A stretch of DNA of 56,845 nt, filler included, from Dugesia japonica (lineage: Eukaryota): assembly GCA_001938525.1 (NCBI GenBank). It is 5 parts of 5 records of this genome, joined end to end, with 100 filler letters (N's around TTAATTAATTAA, not from the genome) between each part and the next. Parts side by side here need not be neighbours in the genome. Positions count along the whole stretch, not along the records: positions 11,295 to 19,484 come from MQRL01187725.1; positions 19,585 to 29,081 come from MQRL01648325.1; 3 more parts are not named here. One strand, 5' to 3'. How positions within the stretch are numbered: position 1 is the first letter of the stretch; each line of letters starts with the position of its first letter. The notes under the pieces were generated by a model. The model was not told the origin of the DNA. It was given only the letters and a program-made list of their open reading frames with translations, and did no database searches. Shown one piece after another: positions 11,295 to 29,181 of the stretch. A program made the position numbers and the translations under genes.

Positions 11295-11758
11295 AGTTTA
11301 AACATTTCATAATTGTCTGAAAAAGTCAACACTAAATTTTAAGGATTAAAAAAATAAAAATAAACTGAAAAATTTTTATTTCTAATTCATTAATAACAAC
11401 ATTTTTAGTGAATGCGCGATGTTTATCATTTAAAATTTGAAATTTTTCTGGATTTCCACTATAACAAAAATTAATAATTTTTTCGTTATTATTATTGAAC
11501 TTCAAAACCAATTCTTGAAAACCAAATTTCACTATTACAAAAATTTTTAAAATTATTTCCGAAATTTTCAATTTATTTTTCAAAATTTGCCGAAGTTGAA
11601 ATTATTTCAATGAAGTTTCTATTGTTTTTATTGAAATAATTTTTATTTTAACTATAAAATTTTGAAAAATTATTTATATTAATGTTTATAACTCGAGCGT
11701 AACAGACAAAATCACATATATCCAGATGGAGGAAATGATATATTATTAATATATTAAT

Positions 11759-12745
11759 GGGTGTCCCGACAAAAGCGCCCCTACATAAGCGCCAAAATAA
11801 AATAAATAAATTTGAAATTGATTAAGTTATTTTATTATAACATTTATACACTTAACCTTCGCTTTACCGTGATAAAATAATTGCTCGCGTTACCGTGTTG
11901 TATAGTGACTACACAAGCAGAAACAAGTGATTTAAAATCAGTAAAAAAAATAAGAATATTTATAGACCTTGCTTTAATTAGTTATAGCAAAAGTTAAAAT
12001 GTGACAATTCTTTACAATAATCTAAAAGTAAAATTGGTAAGTCAGTAATAGTTAAAAGTTTTGGAATCTAGTGAGTAGTTACTACACAGCACGGGAACGG
12101 GAAGGTTAAAGCAACACAAAATAAACCGCCTACATTTAGTTAAATTTAAATTTCAATATTAAGTGCCAACCTTCTTAAATACTCTCAATTTTGAAATACT
12201 ACCATACTCTTAATTCTTGCAGTCTTTCATTTAGTTTATATATTTACACTTTGAAGCCATTGGTCTTCTAAAGCCTAATCTGATTCTTTCCATTTTAATT
12301 TCAACATGATCTTGTTCTCGTTTCATTTGTTCCGATAACTTATATAACTTATAAAAATTATTAATTGTTTATTTGAACGAACGGTGCCACGCTTCAACAT
12401 AATTATTGCGAGGAAGTTGATTGATAATCCTTTCTCTCACGGTCCATTTATTATTTAAGGGAAATATCGGCGCCGCATGTCTATATCTTCTTTACCGGTC
12501 AATGTAGTTGTCTTCCAAATAATCAACCAATGAGATCATCAAAGATGGATAGTTGTCAACTAACTCATCAAATATAGTTGGAACGGCACAAACAGGCAAG
12601 AAACTAAGTGAGAGAAAGTGGTTTGAACATTTAGAAAATTAAGAAAATATTTTAAAATTTTTGAATTTTCTTCCGGCGCTTTTGATATCAGTGCGTATGT
12701 CGGGATGTCCTATTTTGCTATAATTTGCTCTTTTGTCGGGGTGCC
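11759..12745 (-). mobile_element. Internally deleted Mutator-like (MULE) element
   Basis: Imperfect TIRs GGGTGTCCCGACAAAAG / CTTTTGTCGGGGTGCC. Reverse-strand remnant LSFLPV...LVDYLEDNYI...PIFP...NNYVEAWHRSF is typical of a MULE transposase C-terminus. Confidence 0.75.
11856..12105. mobile_element. piggyBac-type MITE nested in the MULE
   Basis: TTAA|CCTTC ... GAAGG|TTAA with imperfect TIR and subterminal inverted match. Confidence 0.7.
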
Positions 12746-13095
12746 ATATAAATGTAATTTTTATTTAATTTTCATCATAAATATCGCGTTACCATCAAAT
12801 TCTGTGATTTATAGGGCCATGCAGTTTTTTCATAAGATTAAGAATGGGCCAAATTATTTTATTGAATTTCTTGCTAGTTTCAAATTTTCGCGTATCGTAT
12901 ATTTTTTTGTTTTTTATTTAGTGACAAATACGATTGTCCGTAATTTAAGAAAAACTACAATGTTAAAATAATTTGATTTTTGTTTACGTTCTTGAAAAAT
13001 TACTGAAAATTTGATAATTATTATAAAATTTATTCGAATTGTAAAACCTATTTTTGAAATCATTTTAAAAAATGGAGTTACAAAAGTAATTAAGC

Positions 13096-16368
<3,273 letters not shown>

Positions 16369-16710
16369 TAAAGGATAATTCATTAATATAATATCGTTTT
16401 GAAAGTAGATATCAGTAAATACTATATTTTATTTAAACAGTATATTATTTTACATTGACAATTTGAATTTTTATGAGGTTCCCAAAAATTTGACTACGGA
16501 ACTAATTTAAATTATTGTTATCTTATATGTTTATTTTATCAAACAGTAATTCCCAATTAGAGTGCCTCGAGCTGTTGATTTTGCTTAATTATTTCATATT
16601 AAATTTACAAATTCCTTTCTAATTTTTTTATTATTTTAAAATACTCGAAGTTTAAAACTTTGAAGTATTCTCAGTAAAAATATTTTGATTTAAATGTTTT
16701 CTGTCTAAAC

Positions 16711-19484
16711 CAGCGGTCTCAAACTCAAACAACCTCACAAGCCGCTTTAGATGAAAAGCGTTAGTTAGCGGGTCACACTAATGTTGAACTCACTGTAACA
16801 CTTTGTAATACTGTATACAACACTATTAGTAATAGTGTTACTAATTAAATATATATTATATTATATTCAATGTGATAAGTGAATCTTACTAAGATAATTT
16901 ATTTTCGAATAAATTAATCATTTTTTCCATTTCTATTGGTTGAAATTCTTCATAATTAGTTCCTTTGATTATTAATATTATATGTTTAGAACATTTAGTA
17001 GGTTAATTGTTACATAGCAGAGAAATAGTATTCTTAAACAAATAAAATAACTATTAAAATAGTTATTCTAATAAACATGTCAAACGTTGTTTTTTTATTT
17101 TTATTAATTTATATGTTCGTCACTTTCACTACTCAACTGTCAGCATTTTACAATTACTAGAGAGTCAACATTATGCTTGATATCACGTGATATAATCAGT
17201 CATAAGATTACTCACAAATGTTCATCAGTGATCCTCGATTGTAGAAAAGATTTGTTAATCCTCATTGACGATGAGAACCTTTCGCATAAATACTTAGCAT
17301 TAACAAACATTAACATCATTCTGGCACACACAGTGAGCAAGTTTGAATACGTCTCGTGTTGCAAACATTTATTATATACTATACTATATACTTATGTTTC
17401 AGAATGTTGCCACATTGAAGTTCCAATATCTCCACCTGTCATTCATCTGGAACACTATCCGTGTACATCGCAAATGACGTGGCAAAAATTTAAAATTGAG
17501 ATTCTAGCTTTTTAGATTCCTGAAAACGGCGGTCGAATCCTTAAATTTAAAATCATACCTACGAATTCCACCAGGTGCTCCGATTTCACTCTTGTTAACG
17601 ACTGCAGTGCTGAAAAATAAACCAGTTTACCGTAGCCAAGCTGGTTTGACCTTAACAAGAGGAATTCTCACTGTTGGACATTTGAATTTTCATCTGATTT
17701 GCAATTGGAAGCTTTAAGTTTCGTTCGTTCAGTTGCATTATGATATCGACCAGAAACGCTAAACAAGATATAAATGCTGAGGAACATCTCTGTTCTTCAT
17801 TGTCATAAGAGCACTATTTCTTTTCGCAAGGCAAAAGCCTCTTCAGAGCATTTTCTATACTTAACCATCTAACTTCGGTGGGAGCAATTAATTCACTATA
17901 CTCACTGTTTAAGGTAGACAGAAAGTAATTAAACTATCTGTGACTGAGAGCTCTTGTAGGGGTAAAGTTGATTGTACGTACAACAACGTCCATAACTTCA
18001 TTCATGTGCAGACTTTTGAAACAGAATACTTCTCGATGAATTGTGCAATGTACTGATGTGAAAGGGCCTGTCATACCAAGATGTTCCCGTTTCTCGGTCA
18101 TTGATCTAACAACACCATTTATTTCAGAGCACATTGCTGGGGCACCATCAGTTGCTACTGACATAAGTTTATCCCATCTTAATCCAGAATTATCAATGCA
18201 TATTTCTAGTTCATGAAATATGTCACGTCCTGTTATGTCAGGATATACAATAATTCTTCTGTTATATTCAGCACTTTGTCAACTCCTCGAATAAATACTG
18301 CACAGTGTGAAGTATCGGTTATGCATGTACTTTCATCAATTGACCATGTTTCACATTTTTTCCAATATGTTGCTGATGAACAATGTTGGCTAATTCTTTA
18401 ATTTTACTGGCAACCGTATTTGCGGACAAACTTATCCCATCAAAAAACTTTCTTTTACCGAGAAAAAGAATTTCTCTGGCTTTCAAAAAACGATCTTTTA
18501 CAAATTGTCCTTCAGTGAATTGTCGAGACTGTTTTGCTATCATCTCACTGATGTCAAAGCTTGCACTTACGGATTCTTTGCTGGATTTGTTCATTTTCTT
18601 GAAAAGGTTTTGTTGTTTTCCCATTGATGCTTTCAGATGTTGAGCTTTTCGCGGATGTTTCCAGTGATTATTTCATACTGCCCTTTGTGCATTGTATCAT
18701 AGTGCCTGCGCACGTTGTTTTCTTTTGTAACAGAAAAGCACTGCATACATATATACATTGAATTTTGTTCTTCATTTCTGTCACCTTTTTTCCCATTTGT
18801 CTTTAAACATTTGTTCTTCATCTATAATCTTTTTCTTCTTTGGCAATTGTATGAATAGTTATTAAAAGAATATTTATTCAAGGTTTTATTTTCTGTTTTA
18901 TAATCTTATTATCAATAATTAACTTTAATAACTAATAAATTGTAAAACTAAAAGTACCATGACTAAAACTTCTCATATTTATCTCCTGTATATTTAGATA
19001 TATTCTTATTGTTTTTATTATAACTAATTATCTTACTTATTCTTATTCTTACTTATTTTAACTATTATATATCTTTTTACAATATTTTAAATCAAAAAAT
19101 AATATAAATAAAAATTTTCCAAGACAAGTTTATTATTAAAAATGTTAATACACTTACAAAAATTAAATTAGCCAAACCTTCTAAAGTTATAGAAATAATA
19201 GAAAATTTGAATGTGGTATGTAAAGTATTTTTGAAAAAAGTTGCAAATAGTGGAGATGGTATGTATTAGAACAAAAGAATTTATTAAAATTTACTGTATT
19301 CTTTAAAATATTATATCATTTTGAATTTATTGAGAAATAATAATAATTATGAAATAAAAATGAATTCCTTTTTCAATTAGAGCCACATTTAAAATTAGAA
19401 AATATAATTATCTCTTAAATTAACAATCAAGGTAAAGCCGATTAAATAAGTAATTTTTTCAAATCCTAGTGAAGCATGGCGGGC
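16711..19484 (-). mobile_element. hAT (Buster/SPIN, GTF2IRD2-like) transposon with decayed transposase at about 17200-18846
   Basis: End CAGCGGTCTCAAACTC. Frames give NVRRHYDTMH, FTEGQFVK, ISLSANTV, IDEST, VATDGAPAM, HCTIHRE. Right end is cut by the scaffold boundary. Confidence 0.88.
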
Positions 19485-19584
19485 NNNNNNNNNNNNNNNN
19501 NNNNNNNNNNNNNNNNNNNNNNNNNNNNTTAATTAATTAANNNNNNNNNNNNNNNNNNNNNNNNNNNNNNNNNNNNNNNNNNNN
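19485..19584. other. Artificial scaffold-joining spacer
   Basis: N44 + TTAATTAATTAA + N44. Confidence 0.95.
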
Positions 19585-20221
19585 AAATAAAAACTTATGC
19601 TTTATGACAAATCTTAAGTAAATTATAAATTGGTTTCTTTTAGTAAATAATAATTTAAGCACTGCGCAATTTAACCGCGAAGTAAAAATTTTTAAATAAT
19701 TGATTTCCAAAAATAAATTTCAAAATTTCATTCAATTTCACTTCATTTTTAAAAAACCATCCATAATACATATTATAACCCAGCGTTTGAAATTCAAATC
19801 ACGTGTTAATACAAACGATTCCACTTCAACTTTTAAGATAACTAATGTATCAATCTATTTTTCAATGTTATCAGGTGAAAGTAAACGAATATATTAAACA
19901 TGTTGAAGTTGTGAACAATAACATTTACAAATCATTAATTTTTCTAAAAAAAAGATAAAGGTCGCTGCATTATTCTTTTTTTTAGTTTAACGAAATCAAT
20001 TAAAAGAAAAACGAGATATGAACGGTATTAAACAACTATTTTCGATAATTATACAATAGACTTTCCGCTCGATTTAATAATACGATGGGTCCGATTGAAA
20101 TATCTTTACAAACGAAATAAATTTAAAATATAATAATATACAGTTTTTGCATTAGTTTCATCATCAATTTTACCAAATATGAAATAATCACACACTATAT
20201 TTATACATATATTAAATCGCT

Positions 20222-23200
20222 CTAGTATCCACCGCCAGCTTTCTTGGCAGACAATGGAACAGCGCCAGTATGTGTCAGATTGAATTGAGAAGAGCTTGGA
20301 TCCGCACTTGAGTAAAGACCACCACCGGGATTATTATTGATAGATACACCCGGTTTAAGTGCAGTTTGTGATGACAATGTCATATTAACTGCTGATGGGC
20401 CTGGATTTGTGCAGACCATAGCTGCTGTGGTTTGATTAGCTGCAACAGTCGCTCCATTGGCAAAATTCGAGTTCGAACTCGGCATTACTGCTCTTTGTTT
20501 GAGCATCGTCCAATCGAAAGTATAATCAAACTGATGATTAAGAGTGCGAAAGAGAATTCTAAAAAGTTGTCTCAAATACATGTAGTCTGGAGTTTCTTCG
20601 AAACGTAGACCTCTGCAGTAATTCAAATACATAGTAAATTCAGCTGGGAATCGTTGGCATAACATTTCAATTGATGTAGATATTTTCTTTTCACTAATCT
20701 TTTCATATTTTTGACGCTTAGTAGCAGCCTAATCAAAAATAAACAACTAAATTATGTAAAAGTTTAATTGTATTATTTTAATCTTGAAAAACTTGAGCAG
20801 TAATTAAATGGCAAACCATAACAATTCTTTAAAATAAAGTAAAAGCTTCGATCAAATTAAATTGTTGTTTTATAGATATTCAAAGTTTCGACTATTATGA
20901 CTTTTTATTAGTTTATTTATATTATAAATTTTATTTTAAACAATTTATTATAAATTTTAAACAATAATTATAAATATAAACAATTTTGTAACAATGTTTT
21001 AATATCGATTAAAAGTTTTATATTTAAAATTTTTAAATGAGAAAACTTTATAAACCAACTGAAAATATTATAATTTTAAGGGATATTTCCAAAAATGCCA
21101 GCTTTTGTAACGCTTATTTTTTATTAAAATAAAATTTAATATTTTTCAACCACTAAAATCATTCATTAACTTTATTTCTCAGCAATTTTACCAGAAAAAA
21201 AACATCTCGAGGAATATAATTAATATCTTCCGGTTAGAACAACGATTCTCATAGTTATAGGGGACAGTGAGAGAATTACTTTACGGAAATATTTTTCCAG
21301 CGACTTTGCAGTCCATTCGTAAATCGGCTTATCGCACTTGACTACGCACGAAGTTTAAGCATTCATTTACTTGCCAGATGGCACATATATTCGAGTATTA
21401 TTTTTTAGTGAATACTCTTGCTCAAATCTTTACTTTTCGTAAAACCACTAAGTTCAACACATTGGTCTGGTCTAAAATCAGCGAGTGTTTATCTGGATTT
21501 CGCTCAAAATACGGCGATTTCCGATGTTAATGATGATTAATTTTAGTTAATTTAAATCAAGCCATCAGCCATCAACAAATTTCTATAAGACCGACACGCA
21601 AAAATCCTAAAAATATTTGAGAACTACTGAATTAGAACAATATCTAAGATAAATTCTGCAATTGAGCAATTCTACAAGTTTTTCCAATCAAGATTTCAAC
21701 TGAATATCAAGTTCAAAATTCTGCTGGATCATCTCTAAGAAAAATTGTAAAGATATCCGAAAAGTCGTGTTCTTGTCATTATCCAAAAGAATTTAGTATC
21801 CCGTGTATATATATGTAGTGTTATTTTATTAAGAAAACGTAATTTGTGACGGAAAACGCCTAATTAGTAATATAAAAAAAATTTGTCAGAGGTCTTTATA
21901 TTTGCTTGATATTTCAACTCTTGAAAAAAAAACACTTGAGCCCTTAAAAGATATTCGCTGTGGCAGACAAAAGAATAAAAAGAATTCGGATTTCAGCGAA
22001 GTCCGCAAATTTGCAATTAAATTGTGGGGAAATGAGTATAACAGAAGATTTTGTCAAATTATTTATAATTAATAATTTATAATAATTAATAAGATAAATT
22101 ATGCAGCATTTGTGGAAATATCCTTAATTTTAATAGCAATTTTGAAATATATTTCATTACATGTTTCGAGAAATCACCTATATTCCAGTAAATTAATTAG
22201 TTAAATAACCTATTCAACAAATNAAATTAATTAACATTATTTTTTGGATAAATAGATCTAATCAATTCTTCACAACCTCTCTCCGAATAAATCTTAAGTT
22301 TGCAAATCAAATTTAATAAAAATATTTTTTGGATGAATAGATCTAATCAATGCTTCACAGCTCTTTCCGATATTCAATTTTTTTAAAGTTTGCAAAAATT
22401 TTTAAAATTTTAATATTATTATTATTATGGATTGTGAGACGAAAATTCAGGAACATCGTGTAGTGAACATTGTTAGTTGTAAATAGTATTTTTATTGGAA
22501 TTAATAATTTATTAGATTATTGAGACACTTCTCAAGGTATTTAAATTGAAAAATATTTAAATATTTTTCAGAGAGATAAGTATAATAATCAGAGATAAGT
22601 ATAATTTTGATCGAAATTAGTCATGCATGTTTTAAATGTGTGATAAACCATAACTAAATAGATTGCTTAGATTGAAATTGATAAAATTGATTAGATCTAT
22701 TGATCCAAAAATAAATATTCATAGATCCTTCCAGGTCTTTATTGAATATTTTTAATTAATTTAATTTGTTGAAGAGATTACATTAACATAATTTTAANAT
22801 AAGCTTTTTTATTCCTGAAGACAGCTAAAATTTTTATTTAATTTTTTTAAATTTATTTTTTAATTTAAATTAATTTTTATTTATTAAATTTTTTTTATTA
22901 ATAAAAAATGCTAATAAATTTCTGATGTCATACACCTGAATTGAAATAACAATAATGGTAAAAATTCAAGCTGTAATCAAATTTCTGATGCTAAGATATT
23001 TTATTAAACAAAAATATTTTAGTCTCGCATAATTGTATGGATAAGCGTAGTTTAACATAACTAATCATTTAAAATCTAAAAATAACTGACAAATTATACA
23101 GCCAAATACAATCAATGGCAAAGCACCAATCAACTTCTTTCCAAAAACTTAAAATTTACTTGATAATCAATCTTAAAGGTATAATTATATTCTGATTAAT

Positions 23201-26200
23201 TATGTTCTGTTTTAAGAACTTTAAGAAATTTAAATGATTATCTTTAAAACTCAGGTCGAAATTATACAATCATTATTTTTATTGAATTTGTGTAGCTATT
23301 TGATTTGTATTCTGTGTTTAAAATAAGAATTTTACACTTTTTTTTGAATTTACTATTGAATTTGTTAGCAAAATACTAAATACTAATTCAATTTTAAAAG
23401 TTTATTAAAAAGGTAATAGATTGTATCAACATGGTGGTTTCTATCACAGATTATTATTATTAGGTTGCGGAAATCTGTCAAACTCAAATGATCTCTCGGA
23501 CCGCATTAGACCAAATTCGTTAGTCAGTGGGTCGCACTAAAACTGTAACTCTAATACTGTATAATAGCAAAAAAAAGAGAAAAATTAAAAGAAATGTTAA
23601 GCGAATTCTACATATCTTATTTTTATTCTGAGTCGGTTTGTTATTTTATTATATATTAGTGTGTGCCGATAAAATGGCCGGGTTGCAAAAATGTTCATTG
23701 AAGGCCGCATGCCACCCCCGGGCCGACAGTTTGACACCCCTGATCTAGAGTAACAATGTGTAATAAATAATAAAACCCATTGAAAATATAATTAAAGTTA
23801 TAAAACAAGTGAAAATTTCAGGACTTTTGAAATATATAAACTCTTTCATAAGTCCTAACAAATTAAAAAATACTTGATTTGTATTATAAAACATCTTAAT
23901 TTATGGATAAATAATTTTTGAAAGTTAACTCATCTAGAAACGAAAAATCTATCACATAAGATACTACCTCTTAAATATTATTAATCTACTTTTAACTTAT
24001 ATAGGTACTATACCCTTTAAGTAGTCCTGCACCCTTTTAATCCAAAAATAAGTTTTCTAACCCTCTTAAAAATTACATTTATTTCAACATAACTTTTTAT
24101 AAAAAGATAAGCTTCTCTATATTTAAAAAATACGGTAACCGCTCTATATAAGCAATTCGACTGAATCAGATTTAAAAAATCCAAAATTTTTCAATAAAAT
24201 TTCTATACATTTCATTAAAAAAATCTGGACGAAATCTGTTCCCTCATCTTTTGTCATTTAACTACAAATAATGAATAATGATTTTCATGTTTCTACACCA
24301 CTGTGCATGCTTTTTCATAAATATCTTTTTTCTTATATATTCAACGGGCAGAATAGAATAATTTATAAAAATCCAAAAATGTTTTAAAATTTAGCTTCTT
24401 AACTATAACGATATAAACTTATATATCGTGAATTCTTGGTTTACATAAAATGATTTAAGAAAAGATTTCCAAACTTTCCCGTAAATCCTAAAATGTTAGT
24501 TGAACGCTTTATTTTTTCTATGGTAAATAATTAATTCAATTTTTTTATATTCCGCTTGAAAAATAGAAAAGAAGTCAACAAGTTACATCAATAATATATT
24601 CATTATTTTGTTGGCAACAATCAACGAGGCTAAAAATTAGAAAAAATGTTTTCTTATGAAACAGATAGAATCATGGTCATATTGAATATATACATTTAAT
24701 TGAAATATTTTTACGTACAACTATTACATTTTCCTGGAACACTGGTGTTTTGCGGAACATAGTTTGAGAAACCCTGACATAAAATACCAGATCACAGTCA
24801 AACAATTTAAACGCAATAATTTCACTATATTTCTTATTCTTAGACATTAGTAAAGTCAAATTTGTTATAGTATTCAATTTCGTTTAACTAAGTAAATATA
24901 TTATTTTAATTGTAGTTTCACACAAAAGCATTCAATTGAATGTTTCAAGATGTTCAACCACCAGATTTTTAGACTTTATTTTAGTATAAAATAACTGAAT
25001 TTTTTATTCAAAATTTTTTTCACAAGCAAAGTGCAAATAAGATCAAAGTTTTCATAGATTGTTCAATATTTTGGCTATGCCTTATTCAGGAACTATTGTT
25101 CAATGCATTCTGTGATAGATTTTTAAATAAAAACACAATTTAAATAATATTTATTAATTTTACAATTACAATTATTGCGAGAATTGTTGGACGTAACCAT
25201 TGATGGTTTTTCAGAATTCATCAAAATAAAAGTTTCGATCAAATTTTTTTTTGTTTTTGTTATTTCGAATTTGTCAGGAATATTTTTATCGAAGCTTTTA
25301 TTTTAATAATTTGATTAAAATTAATTTTCATTGGTTGGTAATTATAACATTAAATATATTGAACAATTAAAAATATTGAACATTCCAAAAAAATAGAAAA
25401 ATATCTTTGATCTTGTGAAAAAAATTTAAATAAAACAATTTTTTAAAATTACAGATCAATGATAACAATAAAAAAAATTATTTTAATAAACTCCGATTTC
25501 TGGTATTTTAATAGAAATAAATTTATAATGAATTAATTGATAATGATTAACTGTTAAAAGAACAGTTAACTCTTAAATAGTTCTAATTACATTTAATGCT
25601 AAAAACTTTGTAAACGATTTTTTTGTGCAAATTAATAAAGGAATTTTACAAATGATAACGCCAAAAGAAAACGAGATGATTTGGTGTTAAATAAAAGTTT
25701 AATTTAAGGATAATTAACAAACTTTTTTCTAGTTCATGGTTGGGCAACCTTTTAGTACATCAAAATTGTGTCTATTTTTCACTGGCGAAACTTAAAAGTT
25801 TACTTACAAAAAAANNNNNNNNNNNNNNNNNNNNNNNNNNNNNNNNNNNNNNNNNNNNNNNNNNNNNNNNNNNNNNNNNNNNNNNNNNNNNNNNNNNNNN
25901 NNNNNNNNNNNNNNNNNNNNNNNNNNNNTGTAAATGTTAAAATGTGTCAAATTAACTTTAATAAACACATATAAATCAAGTACAAATAGATGTGTTTATA
26001 TAAAAAATATTTATTATATTATAAATTTAAATTTGTTTAAGAAATAAAGAGCAATTTTTAGAAAATTCGCAGGCCAACTGAAATATCTAAATGGGTTGGA
26101 TCTGGCCCGCGAACCATAGATTGCACGTGTCGGCTTAAAAACCACAAAACCAGAAAGAAAAAAAGAGAATTAATGAGATTATGCAATTATGCACACAACA

Positions 26201-27807
26201 CAATATTTAACCATTTAAATAAATTGCAATTTAGAAGATTCCAAAAAACAATACGGAAAAAATTTCCGATTTTTTTCTAATCTCTACATGACAGAAATGG
26301 AACGGGTTCTAAACCCATTTATGGAGTATGAAATTGAAAATTTTGAAGAAAACTTAATATAAATTCTAAAGATTCGTCTACTTTTAAAAAGAATCTTCTC
26401 TGATAAAGGGTTTCGCAGTGTTGAACATCTTTAAACAGCAAATTTTCTCTATTGAATATCAAAGNNNNNNNNNNNNNNNNNNNNNNNNNNNNNNNNNNNN
26501 NNNNNNNNNNNNNNNACATTCGCATATATGAAGTCAAAGAAGCGCGAGACTTCAAATGATCGACGAGAAACTGCATCGAAGGAACTTTTCCTTTTAAAGA
26601 TTCAGCCTCATGCCAAACTTATTTATGCTGAAAAACAATATCAACATTCGCATTGATCAAAAATAAAGTTTTGTCTCTGATAGATTAAGCATATTATCAA
26701 TTAACTAATTTATAATTTTTTTAATGGGTACGCCACGACACTGTTAGACAACTACACTGATAAATTATTGATGTATTAGAATTTTACAAAATCAAAAAGT
26801 TTTGAATTGCAAAATTTATATAAGACAATTAATATTTTTTATTAAAATAAATATTAAAGTTTAAAATATTTATTAATTTTTTTTNNNNNNNAGCTTTTTA
26901 CATAAATTCAAATGAAATCGAATGAGTAAAAATCATACTTTTAAGCCTTGCCAAGGTAAAACACCAAGATTGAAATACATCAAAACATAACCCAACGATT
27001 CCATATCATCTCTTCTTGACTGTTCAATACCCAAATGAGCATTAATACTAGCATATCTAGCAGTACCAGTCAGATTTTTATCTTCCCTTGAAAAAAATAT
27101 TAATTTCAATTAATTAAACCTACTTAAAATACCTGTAGCTAATATGCTTACCAGTTCGATTATCTCTATATTTTTTAGCCAATCCAAAATCTATGATAAA
27201 AACTTTATTACAATGTCTTCCGATACCCATAAGAAAATTATCTGGTTTAATATCTCTGTGAATAAAATTCTTATTATGTACGTATTCAATGCGGGAAATC
27301 ATTTGATCAGCAAGCATTAACACAGTTTTCATTGTAAATCGACGAGAACAAAATGAAAACAAATCTTCTAAGCTTGGTCCTAATAAATCCATTACTAACA
27401 TATTATGTTCTTTGTCTTTTCCAAACCATCTTAATTTTAAAGATAATAAAAAAAATTACTACTTAATAATAACCTGATATGTGGAATACCGACTCCACCA
27501 GCTAAAATTTTATATAATTTACTTTCATATAATAATTGAGGATGTCTAGCATTTTGATGCTCAAGCTTTACTGCAACTTCCTTCAAATTAATAACAAACA
27601 ATATTTTTAAATAAGTATATTTATTATTAATATTATTATTTAATTACTTTTAATTATAAAATTTCAACATATGATTAATCATACTTCTCCGTTAGCCTGA
27701 TTAACGCCCAAATAAATTTCTCCAAATGAACCCGATCCAATCTTTCTTATTAATCTATATTTACCATTAACTATGAACTCTCTGGATGTATCTGCAGCGC
27801 TTGCCAT
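20222..27807 (-). CDS. CSNK1A1: Casein kinase I alpha, 393 aa; exons 27807-27685, 27580-27474, 27429-27133, 27086-26939, 20728-20222
   Basis: [95 protein letters not shown] (alpha-specific). GT-AG introns join into one 1182-nt open frame. Confidence 0.97.
21080..22124 (+). mobile_element. MULE element with SWIM zinc-finger remnant in CK1 intron 4
   Basis: TIR GGATATTTCCA..AATGC / GCATTTGTGGAAATATCC; exact 9-bp target site duplication TAATTTTAA; internal [15 protein letters not shown]. Confidence 0.85.
23470..23742. mobile_element. hAT-family MITE related to the ends of the 16711 element
   Basis: TGTCAAACTC ... GGCCGCATG...GGGCCG..AGTTTGACACCCCTG. Confidence 0.65.
25735..26133. mobile_element. 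Probable hAT MITE (gap inside)
   Basis: CATGGTTGGGCAACCT left end and GGCCCGCG..CCATAG-type right subterminus; degenerate. Confidence 0.45.
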
Positions 27808-28369
27808 CAAATAATATATTCAGTAAAAAATGTAAACAAAATCATAAATAATACCATTAAATTAAAACAAAGATTGTTTAGTTTTTTTTAAAATTAATTT
27901 ATACTATCAAAAATTTTATGAAGATAATTTATTGAATTTATTTATTTTTACTAGTTGTACATATTTAAAAATATACTATGTTGTGCATGTTTAATTATTT
28001 GGATTTCGATTTCAAAAAATTAATTTTAAATTTTTTAAATTTTTTATTTAATTAATTTCCATGTATTATTTTGAAATTTGAAAATGTCACATCCCCTTCA
28101 TTTTAAAGTGTTTGGCNNNNNNNNNNNNNNNNNNNNNNNNNNNNNNNNNNNNNNNNNNNNNNNNNNACATATTTAAAAATATACTACGTTGTGCATGTTT
28201 AATTATTTGGATTTCGATTTCAAAAAATTAATTTTAAATTTTTTATTTAATTAATTTCCTAAACTATCTATTTTTATTGGCGTATCATTTTTCAATTTTA
28301 TATTAATATGACTCGGTTTAAGAGTCATCATTTTTACGCTTATTTTCGCTGTTGTATATAGTAGGCATC

Positions 28370-28975
28370 TGTTGGGTTTCGAGAATTTTGATTTCTTACT
28401 TCCTTGTCAGCGTGTTTACCATTTTAATAACTCTTCTATGGGTAGATATTCCAAAACTGCAGATAATTTCAACACCTCATGTGCCGACTATCTACCCTGT
28501 GGTCTGTTTTTGAGAAAGTCATCTTATAATGTTCACAACGCTCAGTTGAATTAGATTTCGTTAGTTGTCTTACTCAGTGAGAATCCGAGACCTTTATTAT
28601 ACATTTATTTATACAATACTCAATAAGGAGACCCAAAAATTGGCCCTTCAGTTTTCATCGTTATCGATGTTATTTGATTTGACATCATACTCTTTCTAGA
28701 TAGTTTTGACGTTGGCCAGGACAGCAACTTCTCGTCTGCATAACTCTTAATAATATCAGCTCACATCCTATTGTCTCTTATTAACGACAACTCGTACCTG
28801 CGGCTTGGACTCAATCTCTCGAGCAGTCCCGAAATCTATCGTTTCATGCTACTGGTTGCCACTTTCATTTCTTTCACTTCCTTGCGAAGCTTTTTGATTT
28901 CTGCTTGACAGACCTGCTGTTCTGCCAATAACTCTCCGCGATTTGGTTTCCCTATAGTGGATGTCATTCTGTTTA
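28370..28975 (-). mobile_element. Possible decayed LTR-retrotransposon gag/protease fragment
   Basis: Less AT-rich block with broken coiled-coil frame (QAEIKKLRKEVKEMKVA) and a weak protease-like tail; no clean motif. Confidence 0.3.
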
Positions 28976-29081
28976 ACAAAATATATTACAATTGATAATT
29001 TTCACAGGCTTTGTTTATATCAAAACTGAATTAATTTTTTAACAAAAGATCAATTTATGGTTGGTATCACTACTCAGCATT

Positions 29082-29181
29082 NNNNNNNNNNNNNNNNNNN
29101 NNNNNNNNNNNNNNNNNNNNNNNNNTTAATTAATTAANNNNNNNNNNNNNNNNNNNNNNNNNNNNNNNNNNNNNNNNNNNN
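29082..29181. other. Artificial scaffold-joining spacer
   Basis: N44 + TTAATTAATTAA + N44. Confidence 0.95.
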
